A stretch of 40,479 nt of DNA from Circinaria calcarea (Eukaryota): positions 1 to 40,479 of the forward strand of contig JAVECS010000023.1 in the NCBI GenBank assembly GCA_051942165.1. Direction: 5' to 3'. A program made the translations under genes and the position numbers. The stretch's first letter is position 1; each line of letters starts with the position of its first letter. Shown here piece after piece: positions 11,862-24,553 of the stretch. The notes under the pieces are model-generated. The model was not told the DNA's origin, did no database searches, and saw only the letters and a list, made by a program, of their open reading frames with translations.

Positions 11862-14240
11862 ATGCCAGGCTCAAAGCCGTATGTATTTCTCATCTGGGAG
11901 TGGTCTCCTTTGCTGTGCTTGTGGTCGAGTTGACTAGACTTGGTCTGCGGGCTCCGTGTCCGAGCCCATACTCTCATTAACAAATGCTAACTGTTTCTGG
12001 GCCTTGAATAGAGACATTACGCTCATTTACTCGCGTCGCACAGGCCACCATTCCGATCATTCTGCATCACTCACCGACGAAGATTCTTCAGGTACCGGCG
12101 TTCTAGTCTCACAGTCAGCAGGCGAAAGTGAAGAATACACTGATTCGTTGGAAGAATTCGACGAGAACGACGACGAGAACGACGAAAGCTGGCAACGAGT
12201 GGACCCGGACGAGGTAGTTCCGTCCGACTCCGCATCAGGGGCCCAACTCTCTGAACCGCCTCGGGAGCTGCCCGAAGCGCTGCACACTACATCACTTCGG
12301 CGCCAATCCTCGCACCGGGACACTGCTCACGCCCGCAGTGCTCATCCAACTCGAGCGCGATCATCCCATCGACGGGCACCACCGCCATCGGCTCCCGAAA
12401 CTGTGGACTATCCAAGTGAAGACTGGTCGGGGGACCACCCGGTGCATCAGAGCCGCCATTATCTTCAATGGGCGTCAGCACCGGGGGGTCCCAACCCGCC
12501 ACGCTATGGGCCCAGCTATCCTCCTCCCAATCAAGGTTATAGCCCATTTCCAACGTCGAACATGCAGCCGGGTCAGCAAATGGTGCTGTCAGGGAATCCG
12601 AACCCCCAATACGGTTTTTCCCCTTACCAACAGCCACCGGTGGGAGGGGCACATGGGTACTTTGGGCAAGCTCTCCAACACCCGCATATGTCACATCACA
12701 TGCCATCACATGGCAGTCTTCCATATGCCGGGCTGGAGGCTATGGGACAGCCGGGTGCAACCGGATACTTTCCGTATCCACCACCGCACGGTTATGCGCT
12801 CCCACCTATGGGTCCGCCAGCCGTACACTATGCTTATCCGCCGATCTATTCTCCTCCACCGCCACCTGCCCCGGCTTCGACCCCCGCACCGGCATTAACT
12901 CCAGCACCAGCGCCAGTCCCAGAGCCAGCTGCAGCTCCTGTTCAAGTGCAAACCCCGCCTCCCCAGCCAGACACATCTAAAGAAGACGATAAGTTCGCGC
13001 GATTGGAGAAGCTCTTGATGGACCAAAAGGCCGAGCAAGAAGCGAAAGAGGCTGCCAAAGAAGCTGCGGCTATAAAGGCGGCCGCGGATAGGGCTGCACA
13101 AGACCTGATAGACAAGAAGATTGCAGACGATCTTGCCGCTGCAAGAGCAGCTGCGACAACGGAAGCGGAGGTGAGGGCTGCGGAGAACGCGGCGAGGAAG
13201 GCCAGAGAAGCAGAGGCAGAGAAAAAAGCTGTCGAGGAGGTCAACAAGAAAGTTGCTGAGCGGGTCGCCAAGAAACTCGCCGAAGAAGCCGCCAAAAAGG
13301 CAGCTGAAGAAGCAGCGGCCAAGGCGAAGGCTGAACAAGAGGCAGAAACGGAAAGGAAAATCGCCGCCGCTGCTGCCGAAGCAACCGCCAAGGTAAAGGC
13401 CGAGGCGGACACAGCAGCAGCCAAGGCAAAGGAAGAGGCGGACGCAGCTGCAGCTGCAGCGAAAGCGGAGGCAGACGCAGAAACAGAAAAGAAGGTTGCT
13501 GCCGCTGCCGCCGCAGCAACCGCGGCAGCAGCTCCACCACCTTCTACCGAGGCGCCAAAGAAGCCAATTCGGTTCAAGGACGCTGTCGGGAGGAAATTCA
13601 GCTTTCCCTTCCATCTTTGCAGCACATGGGCGGTACAGTAGTCTGTGGAACCGCACTGTTTGCTGTTGCTAACAAACTGCACTAGGGCATGGAAGATCTT
13701 ATCCGACAGGCTTTCCTACATGTTGATATAATCGGCCCGCACGTTGCGGAAGGGCATTATGATCTGGTTGGTCCCAACGGCGAGATTATCCTACCTCAAG
13801 TTTGGGAGACTATGGTTGAGCCTGAATGGACAATCACGATGCACATGTGGCCGATGCCCGAGCCTCCCAAAGAAGAGCCAAAGGTGGTTGAAGTCCCTCC
13901 TCCACCAGCCCCTCCACCAGGCCCTCCTCCAGGCCCTCTTCCACCCAAGAAAAAAGGTAAGTCGTCGAGCGCTATTCCACCGCCGCCGCCTCCTCCACCT
14001 GCTCCCGGCGGTGCCCCTGCCCCAGGTGGCGGCCCTGCTTCTAAGAATGGTGCGCCTCCACCCTCCCTCCCATGTTCTTTCCCTCAGTTTACTTGTAACG
14101 AAGGGGTCACGTTTACCGTAGCTGACAACAACTTAGGGGGGAAGAAACTGGTCAGAAATGGACAGGGCTTCTCTATCTTCGGAGGCTCTCGACCGAAGCC
14201 TAAAGTCGTTGCGAAAGGACCAGTAGCCAAGAAGTCATAG
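11862..14240 (+). CDS. Pro-rich, Ala/Glu/Lys coiled-coil protein with C-terminal ubiquitin-like domain (often labelled kinetoplast-associated-protein-like)
   Basis: Exon 1 (ATG 11862) joins the 11956-13641 frame through intron 11879-12011. Intron 13633-13685 restores PIRFKDAVGRKFSFPFHLCSTWA|GMEDLIRQAFLHVDIIGPHVAEGHYDLVGPNGEIILPQVWE. An optional in-frame intron ends at 14136. Confidence 0.85.
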
Positions 14241-14370
14241 TTGGAAAGTCCGGGATTTCGATTGCTGAAGCATACGAAGTCTCCGGGGAAAACCATCTAG
14301 ATACCACGAGGCTTTAGACAACGTTGAGAATATTGAGCGTTTGACATCCGGACACTGCGGAACGAAAACA

Positions 14371-15616
14371 ATGGTCTGTATCAGGATTGCCAATTCAGTT
14401 CACTATGCTACGTTTAATCCTCACTTGAGACGATTACTTTACCATCGGCACCTGTTTTAGGAGTTGTCCTATCACGCTAGTGTTACTGCCGACCTTGCGA
14501 GACTCTTCAAGTTTGGCGTGGAGGATTACGTCGCAATGGACACAGAGATTGGTCTTGAGAGACGATGTGGGTTGTACAAATGATAGCTCAGGGGGCGTTT
14601 GGACGAAGTTTGGTTTAAAAGCATCATGCCTCGGTGTCTGTGTTAGCATAGTAGGAAGGTGGATGCGGAAGATGCTAAGACGAATGAGCCGGTGTGCAAA
14701 ATTCGTTGGCCGATAAAGAGAAACTTGGGTACCGTTATTAAGGGTGGCCCGTACTCATTTACTGTTCCCTCAATTGAACCGAATGTGGAAACCGCCAAGG
14801 TCTCTCTAGCATACGTACATATTAAACCGTGGTGGATAAGTAGTAGTCGTTACGAAAAGGGACAATATCACCCTTGAAGACACCTCGTGGGGCAAATGTA
14901 TCTCCCCAAAGTGATGAAAGCTTTGAAGACATGGACGTTTCGGAGGGAAAGAGACCCCCCCAGAAATCGGTTAGCGAGCCAGTCGGAGATGCAGGTTAAG
15001 CGACCGGGCTAGGCAACGGATATGAGCGAGGGATGCTTGAAAACCCACCGGGGCCACTCCAAATCCGATATATTACGATCGTCCCGCGTTCAAACCGCCC
15101 CCTCCGCCTCCGGTCAGCCTCTCATCCGGCATGTGTCTGATCAAGTTTCGCCCCTCGGCCGACGAGGAGGAAGAGCCGACGGTCTCGAGTCGACCAATCA
15201 CGGCGCCCCATCGTTCAGCCCCTACTTCCAGAGCCGGGAACCCCCCCATTGCGCATCTCACCCCGAATCCACCCAAAACATCTCCATCACAGTACTCACC
15301 CGGACGGCAGTGGGAGACCTCCACTGGATCCCCACCGCCTCAACAGGTAATCATCATTCAACAGCGCACGACCCCGCTCGTCTCAGGGATACCCGAGGAA
15401 GGGCTCAGAGGTGGCCACCCAGATGCCCCAGAGAAAGAGGGACAACGTACGGCGCCGGGACAGAGTCAGGGTCAGAGGAAGCATAGACGGAGTAGTAGCG
15501 CGGGTGGGAAGGGGTTAGGGCCAGGACCGAGAGTATCGACGGCAAGTCATCGATCTACGAGGGAGAGGATCGTGGTGGTGGACAGTGAGGGATCAAAGAG
15601 ACAGTATTACCGATGA
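14371..15616 (+). CDS. Possible multi-exon orphan Pro/Ser/Arg-rich protein; structure unresolved
   Basis: Protein-like open segments at 14461-14583, ~14655-14800, ~14847-14999 and 15131-15616. Splice signals are weak and I could not build a complete model. Confidence 0.3.
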
Positions 15617-15810
15617 AGACTAGAGTGGGAAACTTGTGCGTAAGAAGACTACTAATATGTTCAATGGAAGGCAAAGCCTTGCTTTGAGCTTCCTGCATAG
15701 GTTCTCAGACCCGCTGAAAGATTTTAGGAGTCTTCTATCACCTATCGAGGGCCGTCGACAATATGATCCAGGAGCTTGTCGGGCATCGATACCCCCATCT
15801 GGCCGGGACT

Positions 15811-18800
15811 TCAGCCAGGGCGAAACGGCTCAAGTGAGGGGATGCTCCGAGCGGTATCACCGTCATCGTCTAGAAGGTTGTGACTGGCCAATACGTCACT
15901 CCCGGATCTCGGTGGGCATCTCGGTTGGACATTTCTCTTTGTTTCACCAGGGGTTGGTATACCATCCCCGCGCAGTGGCTGGTTCCTTGTAGGCTGGATG
16001 GTGGCTGGTCCCTGCAAAGTCTTCGTGGACGAACGTGGTAGAGGCAGGAAGCCAGTGTTTGTGCTAGGTGCGGAGGTTCCTTTAGGTGTTATCGGGCTGG
16101 CCGGGAAGCCTTGTTTTCCATTGGTGATTGCACATACAGCCCCCTTGAAGGCGGTCGGCACCACTTGGCTACCGGAAGAGGTGAGCGTGACAGGCTTTCT
16201 TGGTACAGGTGGCGCAGGTTTACGTGCAAATCCGGTTGACGAGGATGCAGAAGAAGTGGTGCTCCCCGTTCTGCGGTGGATGGTGCGGTCTATGTCTGTT
16301 CCATTGTTCCTCTGGTGACCAGAGTCTAACGAAAGCTGGATATTGGTGTTATAAGGTCGTGGAAGCACATGTGAGGGACTCTGGGGAAGCTCATTGGGCT
16401 CCTCCGCCGGGTGATTAAGTTGCAATTGATCCTGGAGTCTTGACGTAGTCTGTGTAGCGATCCAGTCCAGTTGGTCACTACGGACAAAAGGATTCGAAGG
16501 CCTTTTGGGGTTTATTTGATAACCATTACGAGACTCTGCAACTCTAGACCGTGCCGGTAATCCTGAAAGCCGCAGTTAGTGAATAGAACCGCGGCTAAAA
16601 ATTCCCTACAGAAAGCTGATACCATTATTAAGCCACCATTTGCGGCGGTCGGAACTTGCCGGAGGCAGTCCTGGGGCAATTGATTCGTACCCAAGTAAAT
16701 CTTCGTCGTCCACATCGCTACTCCGAGTACTGGCCGTGGTGTCGCCAACTTCTGTCCGGCGTTTTCTGTATATCTCCCTGACCAAGCTTTCTTTCAGGGA
16801 CTCATCAACCATGCTGATGGTACATCGGAAGGTTGCGTACACGGGGCGATGGTCAGAAAAGCGAAGAGGTGCTGTATTATAGTTGATCTGTCTAAGGTTA
16901 TCTCCCTTTCGGAGTATCCTATCACACCACGCAGGTATACGAGCTTTCTCCCTGGCACACCGTGAGTGGCAGGCGGGCGGTTTGGGCAGCCGCGCAGGAA
17001 GACTTACGAGGTATCGTAGCGATCTGTCCCATTGTCATACTTATATGTAGGCATGAAGGTAATACTTGCCTCGGAATAAAAGGGAAAAGTGTGACCTGCA
17101 ACCATCTGCAGATTGAGCTACGCCGCTGTCAGACGTGATGGTACGCGGCTGCTTCTTTTCTGCGCCTACCTGGTCATTCTGGTACAGAGTACCAAGGTCG
17201 CCGGCGTCGATAAGCCGACGGACTTTCTCATGACTAAGACCGATTCGGTAGTTGAAATCACCAAGCCAAATAATGGTATCGTGATCTTCGATGGACCGGT
17301 TTCGTTGGAATCGAAGACCGTGATTGATGGTCCGATAGTCTCGATTTCTCTCGTCATAATTGGCGAAGCCGGCGGCCAAGTGTGCCGTGACAAAACAGAT
17401 GCGTGTATTGGCATATTCCATTCTGATTGCAACGGCACCCTTATTCCCTGCAATGCCAGAAAGACCGGTCTATCCTCAGATCAGCAATGCTGCCCGAACC
17501 GGACGCCTGGAATAGACGACCTGACCTTCTTCACGCTACCCTCGACATTTTTAACTGCTTTGAGAACGTGGGATTTAACAAATACCATTAGTGCTGCTCC
17601 CACGAGCTGCCCACTTCGTAACAAAATGTACTCTTCTGAATTGGTTCTGCGCGCGTGTTCATTTAAAGTCTTCGCAACTGCAATTTCCCAGTCTTGACGT
17701 CTGCCCGGATCGGTCGACATGATCTGCTGCGGACTCAGTTCTACAATTTCCTGAAAGCCTACTGCTACTATCTCTGCTTGCGACTGAGGGTGACTGGTCT
17801 TTGGAATCAACCAAGCAGACAGATCTTCCTTAGTACCGTGGCCTCGTCCATTGAGGTTGAAAGTCCCAACCCATATGTTGACCTCTTGGGTAGACGAGTA
17901 CTCGGTAATCCTATCGACAGTTGGACTTTAGCATATTACCATGAGCATTGCATGATTCGTACCTTCTTTTTAGTTCGGAATTAACGTGTTCGTTAATGGG
18001 ATCATAAAGCTGAACTGGCATCTGGTCTACGAGGCGCCCCTTGGTGACATATAAGCTTGAGCGTTACGACTCTGACAGCGTAGGCTTACCAGAAGTATAT
18101 CAATGGTATTTTGACGTCCTTTGTCGACGAAGTTGTTGATGTACATCCTCGTCGCGCTTTTTCGAGCATCTGCGATGGCCCCAGACAGCGACATCTTACC
18201 ATGTCTAGTGAAAGAAGATTTCAATGCTCCCGTGCCAGCGTAAATTTTCGAGAGAGCCTAATGGACAATTTAGTAAGGTTCGCATTTGTCTCAATGCAGT
18301 CTCCGCATACATCCCCGTTGTCAGCCCACAGACTCGAATGCCTCATCCAGAAGTCGGGTGATGCTCTTTCGCCTCGATGTTGGAGAAACGACTTAACGGC
18401 CATTTGACTGATGATAGTTTGGATCAGGTTGGTACGATCTAGACAGTCTAGACAATTCGTTCGGAAGACCCCCTCCTGCTGCAAAATAACGACTACTCTT
18501 TTCAAAGGCCGCTGGGTATGAGAGTCAATATCTTCAACGACGTCTGACAGGTAATATGCAAATCCTTCAGCATCATTCTGGATGAGGCGCCGAACCTGGC
18601 TTGCCGCTTCGTAGCCCCCAGATCCTCTTGTTTCGGCATGAAAATCAAACTGCGAGTCCTTCAGGAGGCCATGGTCAGATGGGCCTCGACTAGGGTGGCT
18701 AGCATTCAGTGGGCTCCTTCGTATGTGATATTTGTACCTCTCTGTCAGCTCGACTTCGCCTGGTCTGATCTCGCTTAGAAGGTTTAGCACATGGATCGAG

Positions 18801-19972
18801 CCATAGCTTAGTTCCAAATCTTCGAAGTGCTTGTCGAAAGCAGGCTGTGTTGCTTCGGGAGATCGAGTAATCTGAATTTTCTGCTGATTCGGAAGGAGGC
18901 CCGTAGCCTGTTCCCAAAATACAGGCACAGAGCCTCGGATCTGAGCATAAGAAAAGCACAAGCCGGAAGCATGCCAGTAAACGGTTTCCGTTTCCACAAA
19001 GTTGGCGACGTTGCCATCATCATCAATTCCCCGAGCATTGAACCGGGTCCCTGCTCGACGGCAAGACAATCTGGATATCAAGCTCAGCGATGAAGGAAGG
19101 TTAGTTGAAATGGCTCTTATAGGTGCCGAAGCTGCAGGGATAATAATGGTCGAGACGTATCCCCTGATGGCTGAGGTTAAGATAAAGGACGCATCTAGGA
19201 CGTCTCGATCATGCGCGATCAGGTGCGAACGAAACTGAATAAGTGGGTCTATCATGTAAGAGTTCCATAGAAAGTTCTTCTCAAGACTGTCGACGTCGAA
19301 CGCTGATTCTTCTGACGATCTGCGGTAAATTAGAATGAATGATGGGAAGCTCTGCCAAGCCTTACCTGTCTTGCAACCGGTTCGTGAGGTCGAAATCAAC
19401 GCTGTAGTAGAAAGTGCCATCACTCAATAATTTCTTCAGGGCAAGGCAGGGATGCTCTGTGGGAGTGTCTCGATGGTTGGTGTTGGGAGCAAGGTCGAGT
19501 GCTTCGCTCGAAGCGTTGTGGAAGTCAACTGTACTAAAATCGTCATGCACATTATGGTCAAAGTCTGCCTTGTTAAGGCAATCTGTGGGTTCTCAGTACC
19601 GTCTCCAAGGATCTGTATCCGCAACGAGTTTAACTACTGACAGAAGTTAACCGATACAATCCGTTGCACGTGTTCCTCGGGTCTGACCAGGGCCACCGGG
19701 ACGGCTCCACTGATCACACATAGGAATACGTCGGCGTTGACGTTGATGAGGCCCAACGTCCCATGAACGCTCGACGGGTGCAGAGGTACGTAGTCGGTGA
19801 GGTCGACGGTACCTATAGCAACAAACTCGACCATACATCTTGGACTTGGGAACTTCAGAGTAGAGCCATTGCTTGGTGAAGAAGGGCTATGCCGAAAGAC
19901 CAGAGCATGAGTTTCAGTCACGAGAGCAACGCATCGCTGGGGACGGTCACGGAGAAGAACTCGAAGCGACAT
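15811..19972 (-). CDS. Synaptojanin-like phosphoinositide phosphatase (Sac1 domain + 5-phosphatase + Pro-rich tail; Inp52/Inp53/Syj1 family)
   Basis: Intact Sac1 motif RTNCLDCLDRTN and 5-phosphatase motifs WLGDFNYRI and PAWCDRIL; tail KPAPPVPRKP. Nine introns: 19641-19583, 19365-19320, 18310-18258, 18089-18040, 17962-17911, 17525-17470, 17169-17118, 17007-16952 and 16622-16563. Confidence 0.95.
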
Positions 19973-20318
19973 AATTTGAAGCAGGATCAATTTCTCTTAT
20001 CTCGCTTCATAGTCGGTGGTTCCCCAGGGTGGTGATGGGGCGGGCGGAGATAACTCATCCATAGGGTTCTCCAGGTGATCGTTCGGTAATGCAGGCTGTG
20101 ATAACAGTCCTCCTCACCACCCAATAGTCTCGGGATAACGGAATGGTCGCTTGGATACTTTGTCATCCATCAGGTCTACTCCGTAGAAGAACATCCAATA
20201 TGAAGCCAACGATGCCTTTCTGTCCTCTATCTCACAGCCTTACCGCAACGTAGCGTGGTGGCATGTTCTGCATAACCTTTGCTTATGTCATCTATTTTCT
20301 GGGACCGCGCAAGGTAAT

Positions 20319-20340
20319 CCGTACCCCGTACCCCGTACCC
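20319..20340. repeat. Tandem heptamer (CCGTACC)x3
   Basis: ccgtaccccgtaccccgtaccc in the divergent intergenic region. Confidence 0.8.
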
Positions 20341-21114
20341 TGCTAGGCTAGGTAGGGCTGCATGGGTCCGGCTTCGCTTTCAACTTCGAAAAAGAATCTT
20401 CTAGCCGATTACCCCTGATGGTCGGATGATCGTATCTCCGCCCAAAGTCAATCTTGCAGTAGTTGATTGATCTAGACTGTCCGGGAACGAACCTTTGGAA
20501 TTTTGACCTTGGCACAACCCCCGACATCTCTAGATCTACCCTACGCTCCCCACCCCCAAAATTGCTGCATCCCAGTCCGTTTTGCATTATTTATTACAGT
20601 CTCCCTCCGCATCGTCAAGTGACGCATTGTATGATTGAATACGGCCCGGCTCCCGTACCAAAGCACTGTACATATTCTATATATATTTAGCACATATTCT
20701 ACACTTAATTCCCCCTATGCGCTTCTTTGGGCAATTTCTTTCCGATCTTTCACTGTTGGGACTTCAAAGCTTGCCTCTCCTCTCTTTTTTACCGAGCACT
20801 AGTCTTCAGCCGCGAAGCGGCGTTCAGATATCGGTTTGCCGAGCTTGTGGTTCAATCCAGCTCAAGCTCCTTAAAGTGATATCGGTGCTTGCCTGTGGTT
20901 GCATTCCAGCGCAAGAGTCATCATTGGTCTAGGCCAAGGGCCACTCTCATAAGAACCATCGGCGGAAGTGCACGGGTGTGCATTTTACGGATCATCGCAT
21001 ATCAAACCTTACCAGACGCCAAACCCCCAAGGTTCTCGTGACTGTATGGTGACCTACATGGATGATCTCGGCATTGAAAACTACCGTGGACTTGGTTGGT
21101 TGTAGGTTAGGGGT

Positions 21115-23860
21115 ATGGAGGGTGCTACGAAGGGGACTCGGGAGGTGGATCTAGTGGAGAGGAGGTCGCTGTGTCTGTCAAGCTCTACACCAGGCCTCGC
21201 CGCGCATCGTCATGACGAAGGCTTTCAGGATGCCATTCGGAAGAATTTCTCCGTCCATGAAAGTAACGCGGCTGAACAGCTTTGCCTGCTGAAAGCCCGG
21301 CTCTCCAAATCCAACCTGGAAGAATTCTGGACGGAGCTGTTGGAGGGGATGAATAGCATGACGGGCGCTCAATATTCCTTTGTTGCCAAGAGGATACTGG
21401 TTGATGACCATGATTCTGCGGTGGAAATGCCTCCAATAGGAGAGCCTGGATCATGCTTGATGGGAGTCGCCTTTTTCTACGACGACGGAGGATCCAATCG
21501 GGCGCATCACCGGGACTACAAGTACCTCGCCTATGGCGCACCTTGTTCGCATATGAAGCATGACAAGGTCTTTATGATTCCCGAAGGTTTACCTGAATTT
21601 ATAACGGACAACCCGACCGAATTCGTTTTCCCCATTGAAGCCTACCTGGGCTTGCCTCTCTTCTATGAGGGTAAATGTTTCGCTCATTTTGGCACCATGT
21701 GGTCTGCCGAAGGTCTGCAAAAAAGAGGATTGAGTTGGGGTTTTGTCGAGATGACACTTCATGCGTTGGAAGAGATCATTACCCAGCGTCTTGTTGGGGG
21801 CCACAGCTTTGCCAAAGCCAACCATTCTACGAAGGACGCCATTATTATTCCCCAAGCAGCCGTGAGTGTTACGCAGTCTTTGAAGCCGTACGCACGCAGC
21901 CTGTCACACGAATTGCGGACTCCCATGCAAGGAGTAGTAGGTATGCTCGAAATAATGCATGCTACCGTGCAAGAGTCTCTCGAAGCTCATTCAGATGGCG
22001 AAATGAGGGAGATTTTCGAAACGCTTCGAGATAATATCGAGGTCGTTCAAGGTATGCTCGAGAGTGTACTGCTATTACCGACTTAAAGAATTGACTTTGT
22101 TCATAGACAGTTCTCGGAGGGCGGTGGAGGCTGCCGATAATGTTGTGCATGCCTATGATATGAATATGCGAGTCCCTGATACCCCAGATCCTTTAGCAGA
22201 CGACGGGGGCCTTTATAAATCTATAGAAGGATCCTCTCAAGTGGCAATGCACATCAAGGCTAATCATGGCAAAGGTGTTAAGCGACGGGGTAGTCCGACT
22301 CTTGAGTCAGATGTTGGGTATTATCCAAAGCGTCTAGCATTCGGACCAGGGTCGAAACCTACGCGTTCAGCGTGGCCACATACTGCGGCTCGTCAATGTA
22401 CTCTACAGGAAAGCGGGCTCACTGAGGAAGCATCAACGCGGAGTTGTGGTGTTGGAGTACAAACCCTAACCAGAAACTCGCTGATTGGCAACCCAGAGCA
22501 GATATCGCGTACTCATGTTGAGGAATCTGGATCGACCTCAAGTCTCCGCCTTACCAAGGTTCGTGAGTTCTTCCATGGTGTCGTCAACGAATCCATGCGT
22601 ATAGGAGGTCGTCCTGAATCGGCGGTCGCCGAGGAGACTGAACATGGGGAAGTCATCGAAGTCAGAAATAGATATTCAAATGGCGATGAGGCGATAAAAA
22701 CCGTAGAATGGGTAGTGGATCCCTCAGTCCCCGACGAAATCTACGTCGACGAACGTGATCTAGCGAAGCTCATTTCTGAATTGGTCTTAAATGCCATTAA
22801 GTTTACTGAGCGTGGCCAGATTCTAGTTACTGCAACGCTCAGCCCAAAGTCACGATACATTATCATTATCGTCAAAGATACAGGCTCCGGTATCCCCGAG
22901 TCATTCCGTCCCCACCTGTTTAAACCGTTCTCACGAGAAGATGACTCTATTACCCGACAGAACGAAGGTCTTGGCTTGGGACTACTGGTCGCGAAGGGCT
23001 TGGCCCGGAAGATTGGTGGTGATTTGACTTGTCTAAGGTCTGCCACCGAAGGAACTCAACAAGGTTCGGAGTTCGAAGTCCGAGTTCCACTGTCGCCGTT
23101 TGAACCCATAAGCAGATATAGCACCCCCTCAGGTACGCCCACCCCGTTGCATATTTTTGGAGATGAGGGACAGCCAATCCCGAGGACTTCAAGCCGACAG
23201 AGCTACGTTCGAGACGGAAGACGATCTTCTCGTCATTCACCAGCCAAGGGAGAAGTGTTGGAGACCATGGCTTCTTGCAAGGCCGAGTCACCTGCCCTCG
23301 TCTCATCACCATCGAGGCGCAACAGCTCTCACCAGTTAAGTAGTCCTTTAGCGCGCCGTTCTTCAACCAAGAAGCCTCCAAAGTTTGACCGGAATCTCGC
23401 CAAGAAGCATCCGCTCAGCATCCTTGTGGCCGAGGACAACCGAATCAACCGGAAGCTACTTGTCAGTATGCTTTCAAGGCTCGGATACACTACCATACAC
23501 GAGGCATTTGACGGCGCTGAAGTGGTGCGACTCATGGGAGTTGACCGTGCATCAAGAGGTGAAGCGCCCATCAACCTGATCCTGATGGACATCTGGATGC
23601 CGAATATGGACGGCTACGAAGCCGCCAAGCGAATCTTTTCCATGGACCGTTTCCGCCATCCTCGCAATCCAGGCGAGGACGGCAATCCGAGGTGGAAGCA
23701 GGAGTCCCGAATACAGATCTTGGCGGTCACGGCCGACGTGACCGATGAGGCGTTGGAACGGGCCAAGGAGGCCGGCATGGCCGGCATCTTGACGAAGCCA
23801 TACGGGTTAACGGACCTGGAAAGGGTCATTGTGGAGTATTGTACAGGCTTGAACGAATAG
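21115..23860 (+). CDS. Hybrid sensor histidine kinase (putative GAF-like N-terminus, HisKA, HATPase_c, receiver)
   Basis: H-box LSHELRTPMQGVVGML, N-box LVLNAIKFT, G1 DTGSGI, F-box LFKPF, G2 GLGLGL; receiver AEDN, LMDIWMP, TKP. Intron 22052-22106. Confidence 0.93.
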
Positions 23861-24553
23861 ATACCCGAATGTAGTATGTTAGATGCTCAAGACACTTGCG
23901 CATGTCGTACCAATTTGGATGATACATCCAGCGACTTATTCCTCATGATGCCTGAATGGAGAGGCGGGCCCATGTCGTCATTCTCCCGATGCAATCTAGC
24001 GGCTACCATTAGGCCGTAGGGTTGTTTTGGCTACCCACCTCACTCGTATACTTCCATTTTGCCACAGTACGCCCCGGTACAATGTGGAGCTGCTTAGATT
24101 CATATATCTTTGAGATAAGATACAAGGAAGCTGGTTCACCTGCTAGCTTTGCGATATCAGGCTTAGTAGGGTGTTGGCTTGCCGGGTTGTCCCGCACCCG
24201 GTACAAACTTCTCGCCAAAGGGAGTCGCCCCAATCCCTTGTCAGTAAGTCTGGGCAGGGTGATCGGTGATCGACGATTCGCTTATCTTACATTTTGCTGG
24301 TTCTCCCGTTTCGCCCGGCTAAGCTACTCTGGGACCGTTGCCGGAAAATGAGGGCGGGGCACACCCGCCAGCTCCAACCTCCAGCCTGAGATCGCTCGCA
24401 TTCACTTTTGCTTGATCATAGTCTACCTAATTTCATGTTAGCGGTAAGGATTTCTCACAAAAGGACACGAGGCATTCTCCGGAGAATACAAACAGCTAAC
24501 GATTTCAAGCCTTCCTTGGTGGAAGTCACTCGTCCGTCATCCTCAGCCGGAAG

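Noticed and set aside
12895..13682. Long minus-strand ORFs (253 and 246 aa)
   Set aside because: They are antisense shadows of the GC-rich Ala/Glu/Lys repeat coding region.
21115..23860. Histidine kinase as a bacterial horizontal transfer
   Set aside because: It has a spliceosomal intron and typical fungal hybrid-kinase architecture, in fungal gene context.
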